Below, in pieces: positions 9,873 through 18,610 of a stretch of 64,000 bases of DNA (positions are counted from its first letter, which is position 1; each line of letters begins with the position of its first letter). The stretch is from contig CBDCYS010000055.1 in NCBI GenBank assembly GCA_965224215.1, forward strand, positions 4,409 to 68,408. The letters are read 5' to 3'. The translations under genes were made by a program, and so were the position numbers. This DNA is from Bryobacterales bacterium. GTDB lineage: Bacteria > Acidobacteriota > Terriglobia > Bryobacterales > UBA6623. The notes under the pieces are model-generated. The model was not told where the DNA came from. It saw nothing but the letters and a program-made list of their open reading frames with translations, and searched no databases.

Positions 9873-10854
9873 TCACAAGTATTTTTCTTCAACTTCGAGT
9901 TCGTTCTTCTTTAACAACGACACGAGTTCTTCTTCAAACGACCGGCTGTGGTGATGCCGTTCCTGGTGAGCAATGTACTCGAAGACCCCATCGAACTTTG
10001 AGTGGCTGACACCTGAATTATGCACAGATTCACTTTGCGAGTGTGGCTGCGTTCGTAGCGGGTTGGCGGTCGTCGTGAGGTGGTAGCTCGGCAACTGGTC
10101 TTTTGGCTTCCCCGTCCCCGGTTTCCCTTCTCGCCCAGAATCCTTGTCGTCAAAACCTCGCTCGGAAGTGACGTGTTTCCAGTGCGTTACGGCTAGTGCA
10201 TAAAATTTTATGCATAGCGCATAGCCAGGCTCTCAGATCAGCGCCCTCCCGACCACCGGCAGCAAGCCGCCGTAGGGAGTCGGCTTCCTGCCGCGGAAGT
10301 GGTAAGGCGTCGAAGCCCCGATTTTATTGGGCCGCGAGGCCGTCACGGCTGGGCCTTGTTGGACGGGCCTTTGGGAGCTATGCTGTTTTCGTCTGGTAAC
10401 CATGTGGGTGACTTCCTTGGGCTTGGCTGGCGAAGCTGGAATCTTTGCCAGCCGACCTTTTTACCCCATGTTTTAGGGGGTCCCCAATGGTCCCTTGCGG
10501 CTCAGCCCTCCTCAGGTCCACGCCGCAGTGCATAATTCAGGTGACACTAAACGCCGCATAGCCTGGTTGCCAAGCAAAGCCGCGTTGGGATGGAAACTGC
10601 TGCCTCAGCCAACGGGAAGAAATTGTCTTAGCCAAGCGCATTAGGTCCGTGAGGCAGGCGGTGGTGGGGAGAGTGAAAAGGATGTGGACATGGTCGGGGC
10701 CGCCATTGACAATGTGGACCTTGGCTCCGGAGGACGTCAAAATACTGGCCATATACCGCCACAGGCGTTCTCGGGTGGGAGGCCGGATGTCTGGCGCGCG
10801 GTTCTTGGTCGAGAAAACGACGTGGAGGAGAATGCTGGTCAGGGTTTGTGCCAT
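9873..10854 (-). pseudogene. REP-associated / IS200-like HUH tyrosine transposase (RAYT), split by a 530-bp insertion
   Basis: The N-part 10547..10854 (MAQTLTSILLHVVFSTKNR...GPDHVHILF...WQPGYAAFSV) carries the HUH motif. The C-part 9873..10006 (SHSKFDGVFEYIAHQERHHHSRSFEEELVSLLKKNELEVEEKYL) carries the conserved YI..QE.HH tyrosine segment. Removing 10012-10546 rejoins them in frame as a 148-aa ORF. Confidence 0.8.
10012..10541. mobile_element. MITE-like non-autonomous insertion: 14-bp perfect terminal inverted repeats and a 5-bp target duplication
   Basis: CCTGAATTATGCAC (10012-10025) pairs with GTGCATAATTCAGG (10528-10541). It is flanked by TGACA at 10007-10011 and 10542-10546. It has no credible ORF and an internal 18-bp palindrome TGCATAAAATTTTATGCA near 10197-10214. 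Confidence 0.7.
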
Positions 10855-10990
10855 CTTTGTCGCGTGTCGTCAGCCCGTTCGATGCGACACCAATAGATCC
10901 GGCAATCAGCCTACGAACTGAATCATAGACGCCTCGTAGATAAAAATGCTCTAAATGTTCCCGCTCGCACAAAGAACCCAGGACCGTTGA

Positions 10991-11162
10991 CGTGTCGCCC
11001 TTTCAGGGCTGGGTCTGCGTCGTTCGGGTTCCTAGGGCTTGCGCCCTAGGCTGATCTTCTTTCGCCGCTTCGCGGCTCTTTCGCACCTTCGCGGCTCTGT
11101 TCGCCCGTAGCGGCTCTGTTCGTCCGTAGCGGCTCTTTCGCACTGTTGCGGCTCTGTTCGCA
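10991..11162. repeat. REP-like hairpin module, right inverted copy, followed by about 5 tandem 19-20-nt units
   Basis: 10991-11086 is the reverse complement of 9697-9787. 11067-11162 carries GCGGCTCT(T/G)TTCG(C/T)NC units repeated five times. Confidence 0.7.
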
Positions 11163-11381
11163 TCATGAGGTGGTGATTTGCCACAACCCATCGACGCGCC
11201 GAGCCTGCTTCTCCTGCCCCTCAAGGCTCAAGATCAAAACCCAGTCACGGAAACTAAAAAACATATCCCCCGTGTTTTCAATATACTTTCCCGCTCTGGA
11301 CTTGACATCCGCAAATGACCCGTTATGCTGAGAACGGTGAATCAACCGACTGACGAAAAGAATTATCCGCAAATCAAAGAA

Positions 11382-12412
11382 GGTGGGTATCCGGTTGACT
11401 CAGGTAGCCCCAAGATGTAGTATGCCTGCAGATGGAAGATTACCCTCAGAACCTGACAGAGTTCGAGGCCCGTTTTAGCAGTGAGGAGGCCTGCCGGGAG
11501 TATCTGTTCCGGCTGCGCTGGCCGGACGGTTTCCGCTGTCCGGGTTGCGGTTGTGGAAAGTCGTGGCCTTTGCGAAAAGTGCTGCTGCAGTGCGCTGCGT
11601 GTGGGCGCCAAACCTCGGTGACCGCCGGGACCATCTTTCAGGACACGCGCAGCCCTTTGCCGTTGTGGTTTCGTGCGATGTGGTGGGTCACCACCCAAAA
11701 GACCGGAGCCAGCGCTTTGGGACTGCAAAGAGTGTTGGGGCTCAACAGGTACGAAACGGCTTGGACCTGGCTGCACAAAATGCGGCGCGCGATGGTGCGG
11801 CCGGGACGGGATTTGCTGGCCGGGACAGTGGAAGTCGATGAAAGCTACTGGGGCGGGCTCGAAGAGGGCCTGCGGGGCCGAAACCTGAAAAACAAAGCAT
11901 TGATCGCAGTAGCCGCTCAAGAGGATGGGCGGGGTATCGGCCGGATTCGCATGAAGAGAATCGAGGATGCCTCGGGCGAGAGCCTGTTGCCTTTCGTGGA
12001 GGAGTGCATCGAGCCGGGCAGCGTGGTGCATACCGACGGCTGGCCCGGTTACTCCGGGTTGAAAAAGGAAGGCTACGTCCATCAGGTCACAGTTGTCAGC
12101 AGGCAGGAGCAGTCCGCGTCGGAATTGATGCCCCGCGTCCACCGCGTGATGTCACTGCTCAAGCGCTGGCTGCTGGGCACCCATCAGGGCGCCGTGAGCC
12201 ACAAACATCTGGACTACTACCTGGACGAGTTCACCTTCCGTTTCAACCGCCGCAAATCCAAAAGCCGCGGCAAACTCTTCTATCGGCTCGTCCAGCAGGC
12301 GGTAGCCGTGGATCCGGCGACTTACAAGATGATTGTTCACCCGGTTACAGAACCCAAGAAAATCCCCAAACCACAAGATATTGGGGCTACCTGAGTCAAC
12401 CGGATACCCATC
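11382..12412 (+). mobile_element. IS1595-family insertion sequence, copy 1 (intact)
   Basis: Terminal inverted repeats GGTGGGTATCCGGTTGACTCAGGTAGCCCCAAGAT... / ...ATATTGGGGCTACCTGAGTCAACCGGATACCCATC. An 8-bp direct duplication TCAAAGAA lies at 11374-11381 and 12413-12420. Confidence 0.9.
11432..12394 (+). CDS. IS1595-family DDE transposase (N-terminal zinc ribbon)
   Basis: 320-aa ORF. CPGCG..CAACGRQTSVTAGTIF zinc ribbon, then HTDGWPGY and HLDYYLDEFTFRFNRR, typical of ISXO2-like/IS1595 transposases. Confidence 0.9.
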   Translation: MEDYPQNLTEFEARFSSEEACREYLFRLRWPDGFRCPGCGCGKSWPLRKVLLQCAACGRQTSVTAGTIFQDTRSPLPLWFRAMWWVTTQKTGASALGLQRVLGLNRYETAWTWLHKMRRAMVRPGRDLLAGTVEVDESYWGGLEEGLRGRNLKNKALIAVAAQEDGRGIGRIRMKRIEDASGESLLPFVEECIEPGSVVHTDGWPGYSGLKKEGYVHQVTVVSRQEQSASELMPRVHRVMSLLKRWLLGTHQGAVSHKHLDYYLDEFTFRFNRRKSKSRGKLFYRLVQQAVAVDPATYKMIVHPVTEPKKIPKPQDIGAT

Positions 12413-12724
12413 TCAAAGAAAACGGGAGACAGCGTCTGGCAGGGCAAAAAACGCTATATCATGAAATTTTCAGCAAAATCCTGCAATGGGTTTCGCTATC
12501 GCACTTAGATGCAATGACTTGTGAATATCCCCCAAGCTCGTGTCGCGGCTGCTAGAGTCAAGTTTTACACATATAGTGCTCGGAAAAGCCAAGGAAGTCG
12601 TTGAAAAAAGGCCACTTTCTGCCCCAATTCGCAAATCCGGCCCCGTAGGGGCGTAGCGTGCTACGCCCCCTCGAGTTTGGCCTTTCCGCAAGGGAGGGGG
12701 GAGGGCCGGGGCGGGGCCAAAGCG

Positions 12725-13222
12725 CTAGCGGGAAGTGTAGAGCAGGGCTTGGGGGAGCGAGTGCTGGAGTTTCTGGGGCTTCATGTCGGCGTGGCCGGGG
12801 GAGGGGAAGCTGCAGAAATGTCGCAAGCCTTCGCCCCACAGCTCGGCGCGCAGTCGCTGGAGCAGATCCTGCGTCGTGGCGCGCTGCTTCTTCTTGCCCG
12901 CCTGCCACTTCGGCGGCGGCAAAGCGTCGGGGGAATTTTCCGGCGCTGCGGCTCTGCGCGCCGCCAGCAACAACCAGCTGTAAGCCGCGACGATCATGCG
13001 CGGCACCTCGGCCACCGAACGTGGATGCCGCACTTGTGCCTCGCCCACTCCGAGCAGCGTCTTCTGGTCGCGAAAGTTGACTTCGATCTCCCAGCGCCGC
13101 ACGTAATGCTGCACGATGCTCCCCGAATCGTCGTTGAAAACTCCTTGCCCAGGGCGTCGCGCTCTGATTGAAAGTCGACGACGATATTGTCGGTTGCGGC
13201 ACCGGGTTTTCTGCAAGACCAC
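12725..13222 (-). pseudogene. C-terminal stump of an IS4/IS701-type DDE transposase
   Basis: Only the last catalytic region is present (VQHYVRRWEIEVNFRDQKTLLGVGEAQVR = the Y..RW.IE..F...K signature). There is no N-terminal part upstream; the fragment abuts the 3' end of the GH51 gene. Confidence 0.55.
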
Positions 13223-13294
13223 GAAGAGCCTTTCGGACCTGAGGTCGAGATCTACCAGCGGGCCCGCTACCTTCGCGCGTAGCCAGAAAGCACG

Positions 13295-14870
13295 CTAAGC
13301 GCCCTTCAGCCGAAACGTGACCGCTTGCACACTGCCCGGCTGCAGGTGCAACCGGAGTCGGCCGGCCTCAACGCGAATATCTGCGTTGACCGGAACAACG
13401 GCCCGGGGGTTCTCCACGGTGTTCTCGGCTCGAACGCTGGGGCCCGAAAGAGATTTCCCTGTCGCCGCCTCAACCTCGCCTCCGAGGAGATCGACAGCGG
13501 CTTCGACGGGGTTCGTCGGATCTTGGTTGACGAGTGTCAGCAGAACTTCTCGGCCCGAGCGGGATGCGGAAACGCTGATGCTAGGGCGGCTGCGCTTCTC
13601 ACGGTCGATCAGCGGAGCGTTCTTGATGTCAGTCTGGATCGCCCTGGCCCCCTGATGAGCCCGGTACATCTCGTAGACGTGGAACGTCGGCGTAAGTGCC
13701 ATCTTCGATCCTTCCGTCAGGATCAGCACGTGCAGGCAGTTTGCGACTTGGGCGATGTTCGTCATCGTGATGCGCTGGGCGTAGTCGTGAAACAGATTTA
13801 GGCAGCTCGCCGCGAAGATCGCTTCACGGACGACGCCGCGTTGCGCGAAACCCTCCTCGATGACCGGATCGCTGTTCCAGGCTCCCCATTCGTCGATGAC
13901 GAGCCCGATTGGTTTCGGCTTCATCGGACCGAAGACGCGCATCTTGGCTCGGAAAGGTTCCACCTGATCGATCGCTTGAATCGATTCTTGAATCAACTTT
14001 TCAAAATCCCCTACATCCAGCATCAAATCGAGGTACTCGTCGTCGCTGAAGCCGGTGCTATGCCCTCGGCGGAAATAGCGGTGGAAAGAGATGGGATCGA
14101 GGTACGGCAACCCGGGGCCGACGGCCTGCAAGAACTTCGCGTTCCAGCCCGGAGCGTTGTGTCCGGCGGCCACCAGTTGCAAGTCTTGAGTGAGACCCAG
14201 GCGTTTGAAGTAAACAGCGTACTGGCGATACTGCTGCGCGAATTCTTCAGGGGTGAATAGGCCGCCGCAGCCCCAGTTCTCATTACCAATGCCCCACCAG
14301 TTCACGCCGTAGGGCTCGGCTTGGCCGTGGCTCCGTCTCAGGCCCGCGTAGCCGCTTGTCTTTGGTTCCGTTGCAGTAGTCGAGCCAGTTCAGGGCTTCG
14401 GTAATCGTGCCCGTCCCTACGTTGACGCTGGGGTAGGGTTCGGCGCCAAGCAACCTGCACCATTGAATGAATTCATGGGTTCCGAAAGTATTGGGCTCCT
14501 CGCGTTTCCACCAGTGATTGGTGCGCACCGGACGGTCTGCTAGGGGACCAACGCCGTCTTCCCAGTGGTAAGTATCGGCGAAACAGCCGCCTGGCCATCG
14601 GATGATGGAGGGTCTTATGCGCTTGAGCGCCTCGAGGGCGTCGAGCCGGTAGCCGTGTTGGTTTGGGATCTTGGAATCGGAGCCCACCCAGGTGCCCTCG
14701 TAGATCACGCGTCCGATGTGCTCGGCGAAGTGACCGTAGATCAGGGGGTTGATGGTCCCGATCTCTTGGCCGAGGTCGACCGTGAGTTCCACGCCCGGTT
14801 TTTGCGCTCGCAACGGGAGAGCCGCTGCAAGTGATCCAATAAAAACCCGCCGATTCAGGGGCACTGGCAT
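13295..14870 (-). pseudogene. GH51 alpha-L-arabinofuranosidase, reading frame broken once (or a 1-nt assembly error)
   Basis: The N-part 14283..14870 (signal peptide, [27 protein letters not shown], ..LDYCNGTKD) and the C-part 13295..14305 (..[29 protein letters not shown]..) match the GH51 EYCN...LR..G...P..V.YW.IGNE block. A +1 shift falls at about 14350-14365. Confidence 0.75.
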
Positions 14871-15281
14871 CCTCCTGGGTGACGCTCGCTCAGCGCGCTC
14901 GTCCGCTTTCGAGTTTGAATGTTTCTGGCCCCGGCTGCAAGCGGTTCTTATCTGCAGGGATTGAAGTAGCTTCGAAAATATCCCCGATTGGATATCGGCC
15001 TTGGCCTGCTGGAGTGGTGCGTCGAGGCGATGTCGCCAGGATGGGACACGGCACGTCTGGCGGCGTGCGCCGCGTCAAGCTGCGGGGTCGCTGCCTTCTG
15101 TCGCTGCCTTATAATGGGGGCAGAGTGATTTTCAACATTCGCGCTTAAGCCGATTGAGAGCGAACGTCCGCCGGTTCTTCTTTTCACCGAATCAGTTGAG
15201 GAGGCTTAACCCTCCTTTCCTTACCTACTTGACGCGCGTTCGTCGATCCGCTGTATCGGCAGCTTTCAGGAGTAACAGACT

Positions 15282-15941
15282 ATGAAGTTTTTTATTGATT
15301 CAGCCAACCTAGACGACCTGCGTAATGCGGCTGCATACGGAATAGTGGACGGGGTCACCACGAACCCCTCGCTCATTGCGAAAGAAGGCCACGATCATCA
15401 CGACCAGATCCGAGCGATCTGTGAAATCATCGACGGCGATATTAGCGCCGAAGTGGTTTCTACCGACGCCGAGAGTATGATCCGCGAAGGGCGCGAACTG
15501 GCCGCCCTGCACCCCAACGTTGTCGTGAAATGCCCATTGATTCGAGAGGGCATCAAGGCAACAAAAGCACTTTCATCAGAAGGGATTCGGGTCAACGTTA
15601 CGTTGTGTTTCACGGCGACTCAGGCGCTGCTGGCGGCCAAGGCCGGAGCCTACATTATCAGCCCCTTCCTGGGCCGGCTCGACGACATCTCGGCCGACGG
15701 TATGGAGTTGATCCATGACATCGTGACGATCTACGAGAACTACGGGTATCCAACCCAAGTGCTGGCCGCATCGATTCGCAGCCCGCTACATGTGAAGGAC
15801 GCGGCTCTGGCCGGGTCCCACATCGCGACGCTGCCCCTTAAGGTTCTCGAGCAGATGTTCAATCATCCGTTGACCGACAGCGGGCTTGAAGAGTTCTTGT
15901 CGGACTACCGCAAGACTATCCAGGAAGTGTCAGTGGGATAG
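15282..15941 (+). CDS. tal: transaldolase / fructose-6-phosphate aldolase family (short type)
   Basis: 219 aa. MKFFIDSANLDDL...GVTTNPSLIAKEG...VVKCPL...NVTLCFT...ISPFLGRLDD is the classic short Tal/FSA pattern. Confidence 0.9.
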   Translation: MKFFIDSANLDDLRNAAAYGIVDGVTTNPSLIAKEGHDHHDQIRAICEIIDGDISAEVVSTDAESMIREGRELAALHPNVVVKCPLIREGIKATKALSSEGIRVNVTLCFTATQALLAAKAGAYIISPFLGRLDDISADGMELIHDIVTIYENYGYPTQVLAASIRSPLHVKDAALAGSHIATLPLKVLEQMFNHPLTDSGLEEFLSDYRKTIQEVSVG

Positions 15942-16040
15942 GGTGCCCGAGTCACCTCAGCGGAGAATTCAGACCCACGAGCAGAGCCCAGCGCTGGTGC
16001 CCGAGAGGCGACGGCGGGGATATAGCCTGGAAGCAGAAAT

Positions 16041-16348
16041 TTAAGCCGCTTCAAGCGGGTGGACATCCCGTTCAATCTGCCTCGCGGAGGCAAGATCGGC
16101 AACTTCGAGATGATATTGCGTTTGCAGATTGAGCCAGAATCGGGGCGTGCTGCCGAAATAGCGCCCCAGGCGCATTGCCGTGTCGGCCGTGATTCGGCGG
16201 CGACAGTTGACGATTTCGCTGATCCTGGTGACCGGGACCCTCAGATCACGGGCCAGACGGTTGATGCTCAGCCCATGCGGCTTCATCAGATCTTCGCGCA
16301 GAATTTCACCCGGATGAACCGCGGTAGTCTCCTCGTTTTACGGGGCAT
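16041..16348 (-). pseudogene. higA: HigA-type XRE antitoxin; N-terminus needs a 1-nt frame correction
   Basis: ..VHPGEILREDLMKPHGLSINRLARDLRVPVTRISEIVNCRRRITADTAMRLGRYFGSTPRFWLNLQTQY matches HigA. ATG at 16348 (MPRKTRRLP) is 8 nt after the higB stop but in another frame; the break is at about 16319-16325. An internal ATG at 16286 would give a truncated product. Confidence 0.7.
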
Positions 16349-16356
16349 TCGATCTC

Positions 16357-16635
16357 CTAGTGATAATCGACAATCTCCACATCATGAGAATGACCGTCCT
16401 TCCAGACGAAGCAGATCCGGTACTGATCGTTCACTCTCATGCCATACTGACCTGACCTGTCTCCTTTCAGAGGCTTAAGCCGATTACCTGGAAAGGTGGC
16501 TCAGTCTGACAGGTGGGCCGCGGAGTGGATCTGTTTCAGCTTCCTTTGCGCCACTCGTTCGATACTCTTCCATTTCGCGGACGTTCCGCCCGCGAACAAC
16601 TCTTCGGTGTCGCGGCACCGGAAAGATTGAATCAC
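16357..16635 (-). pseudogene. higB: HigB/RelE-type toxin with an in-frame TGA at codon 45
   Basis: GTG-IQSFRCRDTEELFAGGTSAKWKSIERVAQRKLKQIHSAAHLSD-TGA-ATFPGNRLKPLKGDRSGQYGMRVNDQYRICFVWKDGHSHDVEIVDYH. Both halves are in the same frame and match the HigB pattern (..PPG.RLE.LKGDR.GQYSIRINDQWRICF.W...A.DVEIVDYH). The TGA is at 16501-16503. Confidence 0.75.
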
Positions 16636-16791
16636 GGATTTAGTCTATAACGTTAGGCATGACATGTAAAGCGGGATAGGCGAGACCGACGAGATAGGCT
16701 GGCGTCTGGCGGCGAGCGCTCCGAAGTAGGCTACATGTCCCTAACTTTCTAAGTATCAGCGCTCTGTCATTCTGTCTCGGCCGTCGATAGA

Positions 16792-17157
16792 TTGAGAACT
16801 ATGAGGGTGGTCATCCGGCTTCGGAGAGCTCGGCGGCGCAAGGTCGAGCCCGAGCAGACGCCGAATCGGCGTCTCGCAACGGGTGCCGCGGGTTTGCTGT
16901 GTGCTCTCGGCGTCAACGGGTTCGCGTTGTGCGTGTGGCGTTGGGCCGCTGACCTCGATGTGCTGGGCAGCTTCCCGTTCTCCCAGGGCGTTTTCTCACA
17001 CTGGCAAGTCTGGTTCGGCGCCGGATTGATATTTCAGATGTTCGCGGCGTTGCTGTCACATTACGCGCGGGGGCCGGGCCGGCCTTCTCGCGGGATCAGG
17101 GCTCGTCAACTGGACAAGTATTCTCAACAGCACCGTCATCCGCGGACCGCAGTGTGA
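16792..17157 (+). CDS. hypothetical small membrane protein (weak call)
   Basis: 121-aa ORF with an Arg-rich N-terminus and two hydrophobic segments. It overlaps the 3' end of the convergent Smr gene and has no recognisable family. Confidence 0.25.
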   Translation: MRTMRVVIRLRRARRRKVEPEQTPNRRLATGAAGLLCALGVNGFALCVWRWAADLDVLGSFPFSQGVFSHWQVWFGAGLIFQMFAALLSHYARGPGRPSRGIRARQLDKYSQQHRHPRTAV

Positions 17158-17443
17158 CAATCGTGGCTCCCCAGCCGCCGGCCCCAGCGGGTGCATCCCG
17201 GAAATCGATCACGAACGGCGTGCGCGCCAGAATCTTGCGAACCGTTTCCCGCTGCACCCCAATTCCCCGCCCGTGAATAATCCGTAACGCGCGCAACCCG
17301 AGCCGTTCGGCCTCTTCGAGATATCCTTCGACGGCTGCCTTGACATCCCTTGGTCGAATCGAATGAAGGTCGAAAATATCCGTGATCGGGATGCGAATCG
17401 GGGCATCCGGATCAAATTCCGGGTCCGGGTCAAATTCCGACAT
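17096..17443 (-). CDS. Smr (small MutS-related) domain protein
   Basis: IDLH...AVEGYLEEAERLGLRALRIIHGRGIGV..ETVRKILA fits the Smr domain. ATG at 17443 overlaps the thiF/moeB stop by 14 nt. Confidence 0.7.
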   Translation of the reverse strand: MSEFDPDPEFDPDAPIRIPITDIFDLHSIRPRDVKAAVEGYLEEAERLGLRALRIIHGRGIGVQRETVRKILARTPFVIDFRDAPAGAGGWGATIVTLRSADDGAVENTCPVDEP

Positions 17444-18452
17444 AGCGCGCGTAGAGGCCACGGGCCACGCCGATGTCGTCGGTTCCTTTGACAATGGCGC
17501 GGCCGTCGGCGAAGATCGTCATCTCGTGCGGAGGACAGACGAAGCGTAAGGCATACTCGTTGGCCCGCACGGTTCCCAGCGGGGCGAGTGATGTTTGCAA
17601 CTCGACCAGATCAAGGGGGCGATCCCTCTCATTGATTTGAACCGCGTTTCTGCCGCACAGAGTGGCCGCGCGACGCCCTACGCCATTAAGATACTCGAAC
17701 TGTTGGCGGCCGCAGACGGGGCAATCAGGGTCGGGCCGCTCAGAAGAAATCGTGCGGACCGTGCTTTTCCAGACATCCATCGTCAGCATTCGCGCCTCGA
17801 CGGCATCTGGTTTGCCGGCCATGATCTTGAGTGCATCGGCGACTTGTAGCGCCGCGATGGCTGCGGTGATGGAGTTGAGTATTCCGGCCGTATCGCAGGT
17901 CGGCTGCACGCCTCCCGGGGGCTGGGGAAAGATGCAAGCGAGGCAGGCGCTTCGCTGGGGAACAATGGGCATCGTGATGCCGTAGCTGCCGACGGCGGCG
18001 CCATAGATCCAGGGGATGCCGTGTTTAACCGCCACGTCATTGATCAGATAGCGCGTCTCGAAGTTATCGCAGCCGTCGAGAATCACGTCCGCGGGTAACA
18101 GCAGCCGCTCGGCGTTGGCGGCGGTGAGATCAGCGATACGGGGCTCAACCTGGACGCTGGAATTGATGGCCGCCAGCCGGCGGGCGGCAGCAGCGGCTTT
18201 CGGAAGCGCCTGCTCCGCGTCAGACTCGTCAAACAGCCATTGCCGCTGCAGATTGCTCGGTTCCACATAGTCCCGGTCGATGATGACCAAGTGGCCGACG
18301 CCGGCGCGTGCCAGTGCCGCGGCGTGAAAGCTGCCGAGCGCCCCGCACCCGACGATGACAGCGCGGGACTCCAGGAGACTCTGTTGACCCTTTTCACCGA
18401 TTTCGCCGAACAGAATCTGTCGCGAATACTTTTGCCTGTCGCCGTCCGTCAT
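17430..18452 (-). CDS. ThiF/MoeB-family adenylyltransferase (E1-like)
   Basis: YSRQILF..IG..GQ..L....VIVGCGALGS, DRDYVEPSNLQRQ and the CxxC pairs (ACLAC, CPVCG). The C-terminal ..TLCGRNAVQI...FADGRAIVKGTDD... is collinear with Bacillus-type ThiF. Confidence 0.8.
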   Translation of the reverse strand: MTDGDRQKYSRQILFGEIGEKGQQSLLESRAVIVGCGALGSFHAAALARAGVGHLVIIDRDYVEPSNLQRQWLFDESDAEQALPKAAAAARRLAAINSSVQVEPRIADLTAANAERLLLPADVILDGCDNFETRYLINDVAVKHGIPWIYGAAVGSYGITMPIVPQRSACLACIFPQPPGGVQPTCDTAGILNSITAAIAALQVADALKIMAGKPDAVEARMLTMDVWKSTVRTISSERPDPDCPVCGRQQFEYLNGVGRRAATLCGRNAVQINERDRPLDLVELQTSLAPLGTVRANEYALRFVCPPHEMTIFADGRAIVKGTDDIGVARGLYARYVGI

Positions 18453-18610
18453 GCGGTCGCCGCTGCCCCGCCGGGCCGGGGCACTTAGCTACTAACGATC
18501 CTATCAGTGCGACGCTTCGACAGCGATCCCTTGAGCTCGTGACCGCCCACTCGCTGGGTGGAGCGTATCCCAGGAAGGGGTGGTCGGCGTCCTATAATTT
18601 GGAGTAGCCT

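Noticed and set aside
11363-12142. A 259/265-aa ORF antisense to the IS1595 transposase, conserved in both copies (also 34696..35493).
   Set aside because: It is conserved only because the two IS copies are nearly identical DNA. The two synonymous transposase changes are non-synonymous in this frame (C/R, Q/E), which indicates that selection acts on the transposase frame.
16501-16503. The in-frame TGA in higB as a selenocysteine codon, given that selB is in the window.
   Set aside because: HigB-family toxins are not selenoproteins, and the position aligns with an ordinary hydrophobic residue. I see no SECIS-like hairpin just downstream, and selB itself is interrupted.
17096-18452. The ThiF-like E1 plus the adjacent Smr nuclease-domain gene as a ubiquitin-like or CBASS-type defence module.
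   Set aside because: The E1-like protein is collinear over its whole length with housekeeping Bacillus-type ThiF, including the C-terminal ..LCGRNAVQI..DGRA.I.GT.D.. region. No E2, JAB, Ubl or effector genes are present, and small Smr proteins are common stand-alone genes.
18591-18610. TATAAT at 18591-18596 as the bamA promoter -10 box.
   Set aside because: It is only about 15 nt from the GTG start, so the GGAG ribosome-binding site would be excluded from the transcript. No matching -35 box was seen, so this is probably a coincidence.
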